Assembly: GCA_037133915.1 (NCBI GenBank)
Contig: JBAXND010000006.1
Span: 31,832 to 95,831, forward strand
Length of the DNA stretch: 64,000 nucleotides
Direction of reading: 5' to 3'
DNA from: Bacteroidota bacterium
GTDB lineage: Bacteria; Bacteroidota; Bacteroidia; Bacteroidales; CAIWKO01
A program made the position numbers and the translations under genes. The notes beneath the pieces were generated by a model, which made no database searches, was not told the origin of the DNA, and was given only the letters and a program-made list of their open reading frames with translations. Positions 57,650 through 64,000 of the stretch are shown here, one piece after another (the stretch's first letter is position 1; each line of letters opens with the position of its first letter).

Positions 57650-57856
57650 TTACATAATTATGGGAACTGGTCTTAGTGCCGGTGCCTTTAGGGACGTTAA
57701 AACACCGAAGCACAATTTAGGGTTTAACACCTTCAAGACAGCGATAAAATATAAAAGGTTGTCTGAAATGAAAAAAAAAGATATTCTTTTGTGAAATTAA
57801 CATATGACGTCCAATAATAGATATTGGATTTGCATTAAAAACGAAAACTGAATTCT

Positions 57857-58273
57857 CTATTTTTTTTCAGTGACATCCTTACGCAGGTCAACTTTCCAGC
57901 GACCTTTTTGTTTAAGCAGATACACTTTTTGTTCTCCTCCGGAATAGGTGCGGTAGGAACATATTGCTTCGTCATTGTTTATCATACAGCCGGTGCATTC
58001 CGATTTATTATCGTGCAGTATGATTTGACCACCGCCACCCAATTGCGAAAGGGTTTCTACAAAGTTTATCGTTTTGATGGTTTTTTCGGTAGCAAGTTGT
58101 CGTGCTTCGTCAAAGCGAAGGTCGCCGAGGTATTTGAAAAAACATTCAGCTACCTGCTGCGGCGTGCCTTTGATTTCTTTTGATGGCAGCTTATGTTCTG
58201 TTGTTTTACATGCTCCAAGAACCGCAATTATTAAAATCACGGAAAGAAAATGAAATTTTATTCTCATTACCAA
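57857..58273 (-). CDS. Small lipoprotein (DUF4878/NTF2-like)
   Basis: Lipobox LGAC. AECFFKYL...FDEARQL... is typical of DUF4878-type lipoproteins. Confidence 0.55.
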   Translation of the reverse strand: MVMRIKFHFLSVILIIAVLGACKTTEHKLPSKEIKGTPQQVAECFFKYLGDLRFDEARQLATEKTIKTINFVETLSQLGGGGQIILHDNKSECTGCMINNDEAICSYRTYSGGEQKVYLLKQKGRWKVDLRKDVTEKK

Positions 58274-58436
58274 AATACCCGGTTTGCAGGCAAAAATAGG
58301 GAATTAAATAATCAGCCCCGGATAATTAATAATGGGAGATGATGCTCTTGTTATCTGTTATGTTCTCTTTTTCGCGCTGAAATTATTTCCCGGCAAGGGA
58401 AAATTAGGTTAATTTAGCGTTTTAATCAACCCTCAA

Positions 58437-60410
58437 TTGATAGGACCGGATACCATACAGGCAATACTTGATGCAGCCCGCATAGACGAGGTGATTGGCG
58501 ATTTTGTGACGCTGAAAAAACGTGGCGTGAATATGCTCGGTCATTGTCCTTTTCATAACGAAAAAACACCTTCGTTCACGGTATCGCCGGCCAAGGGCAT
58601 ATATAAGTGTTTTGGCTGCGGGAAAGCGGGAAATTCGGTAAATTTTGTGATGGAGCATGAGCACTATTCATATCCTGAAGCGCTCAAATACCTTGCCCGG
58701 AAATACAATATTGAAATTGAGGAAAAGGCTATCAGTCCTGAGCAACAGCAGGCGCTCACCGAGCGCGAAACATTACTTAACATTACCGAATTTGCTTCAA
58801 AGCATTTTGTGCACAACCTTCATGAAGCTGAAGAAGGAAAAGCCATTGGGCTAACGTATTTCAGAGAACGGGGATTCACGCCTGAGATTATTCGCAAATT
58901 CGAACTGGGTTATTGTCTGGAAAAATGGGACGATTTCACAACGCTTGCCATCAAATCGGGGTATAGTCCTGAGTCGCTGGTAAGGTCGGGGCTGCTTATC
59001 GAGAAAGACAAAGATCAGTATTACGACCGTTTCAGGGCGCGCGTGATGTTTCCTATTCACAACCTTTCGGGAAAAGTAACGGGGTTTACCGGGCGCATTC
59101 TTTCATCTGACAAGAGCAAGCCGAAATACGTCAACAGTCCTGAATCGGAAATTTACAATAAGAGCAAAACCCTCTACGGAATCTTTTTTGCAAAGAACAG
59201 CATCACCTCTTCCGACTTATGCTATCTGGTAGAGGGCAATACCGATGTAATTTCATTTGTACAGGCGGGTATTGAGAATGTAGTAGCATCATCAGGAACA
59301 TCGCTCACTACCGAGCAAATTAAAATGATACGCCGCTACACACCCAACATTACGATTATTTATGACGGAGATGCAGCGGGAATCAAGGCATCGCTTCGGG
59401 GTACCGATATGATACTTCAGGAAGGCATGAATGTAAAAATTGTAATGCTGCCTGCCGGCGAAGACCCGGATTCATACGCGAGAAGCCACAGTCGGGAAGA
59501 AATCAATAATTATATTCGTTCCAACGAAGTAAATTTCATTTTTTTTAAATCGAACCTGCTGCTGAAAGAGGCAGGTGGTGATCCGGTTAAAAAAGCGGGT
59601 CTGGTAAAAGAAATTGTGCAAACGATTTCGATTATTCCGGATGCCGTATCGAGAGAATTTTACGTGAGAGAATGCAGCGGGCGGCTGGACGTGGGCGAAC
59701 AGGTATTGTGGAATGAGTTAAACAAGGTGCTGCGGGCACGGTTGAAAAAAAACGCCGGGCAGGACGAGCAAGATGAGGCGCCCGAACCAACAACATTCGA
59801 TGCGGAACCACAGATTCTGTTTAATCCGTTCGACAGCGAGGCCCATGAAAAACATCTGGTTTCGTTATTGCTGAATTACGGTGAAATGGAAATGCAGTTT
59901 TCAAACGAAGATGAGAAAGGACATAAAGAATATCATACGCTCACGGTTTCGGCTTTTATACAGGATATTGCGCAGGCATTAACGATTGAATTCACCAATA
60001 CTTTGTACAATCAGGTTTTTGATGATTATATGAAACTGGTTTCTGAGAAAACGCCTCCGAATCAACAGTATTTTATAAACCATGGGGATGCGGCCATTTC
60101 AAAACTGTCTGTTGATTTATTGAGTAATCCGCACCAGTTAAGTCCCAACTGGGAAGCAAAAAATAATACCCATGTGCCTGTACATGGCGATGACGACAAA
60201 AAAGTACTGACGCGCGACGTAATGTCTACCCTGCATGCAATTAAGTCGCGGCAGCTGGAACGAAAGAAGAAGCAGTTTCAGGACAACATAAAGATTGCTC
60301 AGGAAAACGGAGAAATTGATGAGTGTATGCTGCTTATTGCTAAACTGCAGGAGTACGAAAAACAATACCGCGAGGCAAATGGTGTGTTGGGTCGCGTGAT
60401 AACCCGATGA
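58437..60410 (+). CDS. dnaG: DNA primase (TTG start)
   Basis: Zinc finger CPFHNEKTPSF...CFGCG, a TOPRIM domain (EGNTDV, YDGDAAG), and 657 aa. Confidence 0.95.
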   Translation: MIGPDTIQAILDAARIDEVIGDFVTLKKRGVNMLGHCPFHNEKTPSFTVSPAKGIYKCFGCGKAGNSVNFVMEHEHYSYPEALKYLARKYNIEIEEKAISPEQQQALTERETLLNITEFASKHFVHNLHEAEEGKAIGLTYFRERGFTPEIIRKFELGYCLEKWDDFTTLAIKSGYSPESLVRSGLLIEKDKDQYYDRFRARVMFPIHNLSGKVTGFTGRILSSDKSKPKYVNSPESEIYNKSKTLYGIFFAKNSITSSDLCYLVEGNTDVISFVQAGIENVVASSGTSLTTEQIKMIRRYTPNITIIYDGDAAGIKASLRGTDMILQEGMNVKIVMLPAGEDPDSYARSHSREEINNYIRSNEVNFIFFKSNLLLKEAGGDPVKKAGLVKEIVQTISIIPDAVSREFYVRECSGRLDVGEQVLWNELNKVLRARLKKNAGQDEQDEAPEPTTFDAEPQILFNPFDSEAHEKHLVSLLLNYGEMEMQFSNEDEKGHKEYHTLTVSAFIQDIAQALTIEFTNTLYNQVFDDYMKLVSEKTPPNQQYFINHGDAAISKLSVDLLSNPHQLSPNWEAKNNTHVPVHGDDDKKVLTRDVMSTLHAIKSRQLERKKKQFQDNIKIAQENGEIDECMLLIAKLQEYEKQYREANGVLGRVITR

Positions 60411-60413
60411 TTT

Positions 60414-61250
60414 TTACTTTTTCATTTCTACCCTTTGGTAACTCTGGGGAATTCTGAAAGACGCGGTTTCTATTTTATTCAGCGTTATCTTATCAAAACG
60501 TATATTTACCGTTATCTTTTTTTCTTCTGTTATCTCGCACTTTACCGTGTTTGGAAACATTTGTCCTTCCAGGTCGGTGAAATCAGAATAAAATGATTCG
60601 AACTTCCGGTTTTGATTTTTTACTTCCTTAAGCAGAATGTGTTCAATTTTAAAGGTTTTGGGGTCGAGCCAGATATCCTGAATAAGCACTTTCTGAGCTT
60701 CTTTGTCTCGCTTCACGAATTTCTTCAGTTTAATTCGGTTGACCGTACTGAGCTTGTAATTTTTATTCTCAACCGTTGCCCTGAACTGTGTACTTTCATA
60801 ATAGCGAAAGTCGTTCCCGGTAACGAGCGCTTGTATCATATCAAAGTCAAAATCGGTATTGAACAGTTCATTCACATAATCGAAATCACCAATAAAATAG
60901 GTATTATTGATACGGTTTATCATTTTTGCCGTATCATTGGTAAGCATCAGTCGTGCGGCTTCCAATCCGAATTTTTGTATTGATACCCAAATAAGGCTAT
61001 CGCGGATAATGTACAGATTGCCCGAGAACGATTGATTTTTGTTATCCACTTCGGCTTCGGCGGAAAATTTTACCGATAAGGTATTGTACTGCAATTCGTT
61101 TTTTTTAAGCTGTTGAAATAGGTATTCCGGACCCTGCTCCCTGATGGGCTCCATGATAACCTGGCGTTCGGTCTTGCACGAAACAACAAGAATTGAAAGT
61201 AGAAATACACACAACAGAAATGGCAGACTTGCGGCCGCTGTTTTACTCAT
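60414..61250 (-). CDS. DUF4292-like (LolA-fold) lipoprotein
   Basis: Lipobox VVSC. It lies downstream of, and overlaps, a TPR lipoprotein gene, as is usual in Bacteroidota. Confidence 0.6.
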   Translation of the reverse strand: MSKTAAASLPFLLCVFLLSILVVSCKTERQVIMEPIREQGPEYLFQQLKKNELQYNTLSVKFSAEAEVDNKNQSFSGNLYIIRDSLIWVSIQKFGLEAARLMLTNDTAKMINRINNTYFIGDFDYVNELFNTDFDFDMIQALVTGNDFRYYESTQFRATVENKNYKLSTVNRIKLKKFVKRDKEAQKVLIQDIWLDPKTFKIEHILLKEVKNQNRKFESFYSDFTDLEGQMFPNTVKCEITEEKKITVNIRFDKITLNKIETASFRIPQSYQRVEMKK

Positions 61251-62997
61251 AAAGCTGTTTATCCTTTAATTTTTTATTCAACAGTTCTGATGGGGTTGTA
61301 ATTGAAGCGGCTTTTTGCCAGTATTCCACAGCTTTGTCTTTATTCCCCGACTTAAACATCATGTCGCCGTAATGTTCAAGTACAGATGCATTTTTATCGC
61401 CACCGGCCTGCATGCATTTTTCCTGATATTGAATGGCTTCATCCAGTTTGCCTGATTTATACAAAGCCCAGGCGTATGTGTCCAAATAGTTGGCATTTCC
61501 GGGTTTCAGGTCGTTTGCCTTTTTTGCCATTGCAACAGCTTTTTCTGTGTATTTTCCCTGTAATAAAAGGTAGTACGCGTAATTATTCATTACATAGTCG
61601 TTCTGTGGGTCGGCCGCCAGTGCAAGTTCGTATGAAACAAAAGAATTGTCGGCATCATTGAGTTTATAATAGGCATCGCCTAAGTAGGTGTAAAACTTTG
61701 ACTGCAATGATTTATCTGTGGCCACCAATTTCAATCCAATATTGAGTATTTTGACAGCGCCGGAATAATTTTTTAACTGGAGATGTGCACCTCCGTTGAA
61801 CATGTAAAGCGGCGCCTGCTCGGGAAAAAGATCGATGGCGCGTTCACTTTCTTTCAACAAGGCATTGTAGTCGCCCAGTTCTGATTCAAGAAACATCAAT
61901 TGCTCCCAAATCACATAGCGGCTGCTGTCAATGGAAATAACTTTGCGGTACGTATCTCTGGCCTCGTTATAGCGTTTATCGCGCACTAAAAAATCGCCAT
62001 AAATAGAATATGCTTTTGCATCATCAGGATGTGCCTGAATAAGCAAATTGGCGAGTGTATAAGCCTGTTCCGAGATTTCTTTATTATTACCGGCGGCCGT
62101 ATAATAGTCCAGCAATATTTTTACTTTAGTATCAATATCCAGAGCCGGACTTGAAAAGGCTTTTTTAAGTTCCTCGAATGATTCTGTTTTTTTATTTTGC
62201 ACTCTGTAATATTCTGACAGAGACAGATGGGCTACGGGGTCGTTGGGGTCAATCTGCAGAATTTTCTGATAGGTTTCAAACGCTTTGTCTGCTTGATTTA
62301 TGGCCATATACAAATCAGCCAAAAGCCCATAATATTTTGTTTCGTTGGGATACTGCTTTATCAGTGCATTTATTTCTTCAATCGCTTTTTGGGGCTTATT
62401 AATCTGGAGGTACAGTTTTTCTTTCTGAATGGAAATATCTTCAGAGATTCCTGTCTTATTCTCAATCGCGTCATATGCTTTTATAGCATCGGAATAGCTG
62501 CCCGCATACAGGCATGCTTCGCCCCATTTATAATAATTTTCAAGGTCGTTCGGAAATTTTTCGCAAAGGGTTTTATATGCTTTAACGGCGTCATTATAAT
62601 CCCTTTTATTCATGAGAATTTCTGCGAGCAATACCTGATACCATTTATTGCCCGGATTGTACTTCATTGCATTTCGTATCAGCACCAGAGCATCTTCGTA
62701 TTGTCTGCGCTTATTCAGCAGTGATGCCATCTCGTACATAGCAGGATCATAGGCCGGGTTTCGTTTTATACATTGCGCAAAAAGCCCCAGCGCTTTATCG
62801 TCATTACCCAGAAATTTTTCTTTATTTGCATCAAGAAACAATGCCGTATTCTGCAGCAATTCTTCCGGCGTAAGCCTTTTCCCGGAAGGCATTTCAGGAG
62901 CTCCCTGCTTGGATTGCTGCTTTGTTTTGCATGAAAGCATAACAAACCCCGGAATCAGGATTATAAGGGCAACTATTAGAAATTTTCTCATGTTCAT
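61243..62997 (-). CDS. Tetratricopeptide-repeat lipoprotein
   Basis: Lipobox MLSC and many 34-aa TPR units (A..Y......P.N). Confidence 0.8.
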   Translation of the reverse strand: MNMRKFLIVALIILIPGFVMLSCKTKQQSKQGAPEMPSGKRLTPEELLQNTALFLDANKEKFLGNDDKALGLFAQCIKRNPAYDPAMYEMASLLNKRRQYEDALVLIRNAMKYNPGNKWYQVLLAEILMNKRDYNDAVKAYKTLCEKFPNDLENYYKWGEACLYAGSYSDAIKAYDAIENKTGISEDISIQKEKLYLQINKPQKAIEEINALIKQYPNETKYYGLLADLYMAINQADKAFETYQKILQIDPNDPVAHLSLSEYYRVQNKKTESFEELKKAFSSPALDIDTKVKILLDYYTAAGNNKEISEQAYTLANLLIQAHPDDAKAYSIYGDFLVRDKRYNEARDTYRKVISIDSSRYVIWEQLMFLESELGDYNALLKESERAIDLFPEQAPLYMFNGGAHLQLKNYSGAVKILNIGLKLVATDKSLQSKFYTYLGDAYYKLNDADNSFVSYELALAADPQNDYVMNNYAYYLLLQGKYTEKAVAMAKKANDLKPGNANYLDTYAWALYKSGKLDEAIQYQEKCMQAGGDKNASVLEHYGDMMFKSGNKDKAVEYWQKAASITTPSELLNKKLKDKQLYE

Positions 62998-63026
62998 TGG
63001 ATTAAAACTCCGTGAACCTGCAATTA

Positions 63027-64000
63027 TTATTCACAAACAGAATAATCGCCCAGGCTTATAACATCTACATCTTTGGTATAAACGGCATAACTTCCCACCA
63101 TTGAATTATCGAGCACAACATGCGTAAGCATTGAATAATCCTGAATTATGCTGTTGCTGATAACCGAACGGGTAATTGTTGTGTTATTGCCAATGCTTAC
63201 ATGCGGTCCAATCACCGAATGTTCAATTACGGTATTCTCTCCGATGAAACAAGGAGGTATGATTATACTTGTAGTGGTCGCTGCCGAAGCAGAAATCTGT
63301 TTTTCTTTGGGAAGAAAATCGAGCATGCGGCCGTTGGCCGATACCGTGGCATTTTTATTTCCGCAATCGAGCCATTCATCAACAACTGCTGTAGAGAACC
63401 GAATGCCTTTCAGCTGCATGTTCTTAAGCGCATCGGTAAGCTGGTATTCATTATTTCCGGTAATTTTATTATCAATCAGATAGTCTAATTCTTTTTTTAA
63501 ATTTTCGCCGTCGCGGAAAAAATAAATACCGATGATTGCCAGATCTGAAACAAATTCTTTTGGTTTCTCGATGAAATCTGTGATGATGTTGTTCGCATCG
63601 GCTTTCACTACGCCGAATGATGACGGATTATCAACTTTATGTACCCATATGATGCCGTCTTTTTTGGTGTCAATGGTAAAATCGGCTCGGAACAGTGTAT
63701 CGGCAAAAGCCACAACAACCGGTCCTTTCAATGCCGATGCGGCACACAGAACAGCGTGGGCGGTTCCTTGTGCCTCATGCTGATAATGAATCGTACCGGG
63801 AACACCGAGACTTGCCGCGATATCCAGCAGACTTTGTTCTACTTCTTTTCCAAAATCCCCGATAATAAAGGCAATTTCCTCTATAGGCTCTTTAACCGTT
63901 GAAGTTATTGTTTCGGCGAGATGATGAACGATGGGCTTTCCGGCAACCGGAATAAGCGGTTTGGGGATAGTAAGAGTATGAGGCCTCATGCGTTTACCCA
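63027..64000 (-). CDS. Sugar-phosphate nucleotidyltransferase with C-terminal hexapeptide-repeat domain (5' end off window)
   Basis: The reading frame continues past 63989 to the edge (GKRMRPHTLTIPKPLIPVAGKP is the G-x-G-x-R-x-RP loop). It has a left-handed beta-helix C-terminus. Confidence 0.75.
   Translation of the reverse strand, partial: GKRMRPHTLTIPKPLIPVAGKPIVHHLAETITSTVKEPIEEIAFIIGDFGKEVEQSLLDIAASLGVPGTIHYQHEAQGTAHAVLCAASALKGPVVVAFADTLFRADFTIDTKKDGIIWVHKVDNPSSFGVVKADANNIITDFIEKPKEFVSDLAIIGIYFFRDGENLKKELDYLIDNKITGNNEYQLTDALKNMQLKGIRFSTAVVDEWLDCGNKNATVSANGRMLDFLPKEKQISASAATTTSIIIPPCFIGENTVIEHSVIGPHVSIGNNTTITRSVISNSIIQDYSMLTHVVLDNSMVGSYAVYTKDVDVISLGDYSVCE

Noticed and set aside
57603-57794. 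63-aa plus-strand ORF upstream of ileS
   Set aside because: It starts inside the ileS promoter region, has no recognisable features, and spans the hairpin, so it is probably non-coding.

Overview
Chromosomal segment of a Bacteroidota-type genome. Supporting evidence is GldH, two T9SS C-terminal sorting domains, DUF4271 and DUF4292 genes, and recurrent TAnnTTTG -7 promoter boxes. It holds about 60 protein-coding genes, mostly core functions: glyQS, ackA, gap, pgk, sucAB, nadB, mtnA, uvrC, rlmN, apt, add, cdd, ileS, lspA, dnaG, rnpA and yidD. By eye I found no rRNA, tRNA, CRISPR array, transposase or integrase. Six things stand out. (1) At the left edge sits a truncated RiPP-like locus with two SPASM-only peptide-maturase paralogs. 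Their 3' ends share a mosaic, near-identical 370-bp repeat at a fixed 2370-bp offset, and an OmpA gene plus a decayed gene remnant lie between them. (2) An orphan two-gene unit (33044-34503) sits between the ferredoxin terminator and the sucA promoter behind a roughly 380-bp AT-rich leader. It encodes a receiver-like/HTH protein and a protein with GIY-YIG-like motifs split by a large insertion. (3) A small standalone P-loop NTPase has its own promoter overlapped by a perfect 16-bp palindrome, next to a lipoprotein serpin. (4) A promoter-plus-terminator unit of about 170 nt (43611-43819) has no annotated gene and is a candidate sRNA or micro-ORF. (5) A DksA/TraR-like protein carries a histone-H1-like Lys/Ala/Pro/Val repeat extension of about 275 aa, encoded by 90-bp-periodic DNA repeats. 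(6) An O-antigen-ligase-like gene and an HA-domain gene overlap across an A8 tract. All family assignments come from motif recognition in the translations; no searches were run.
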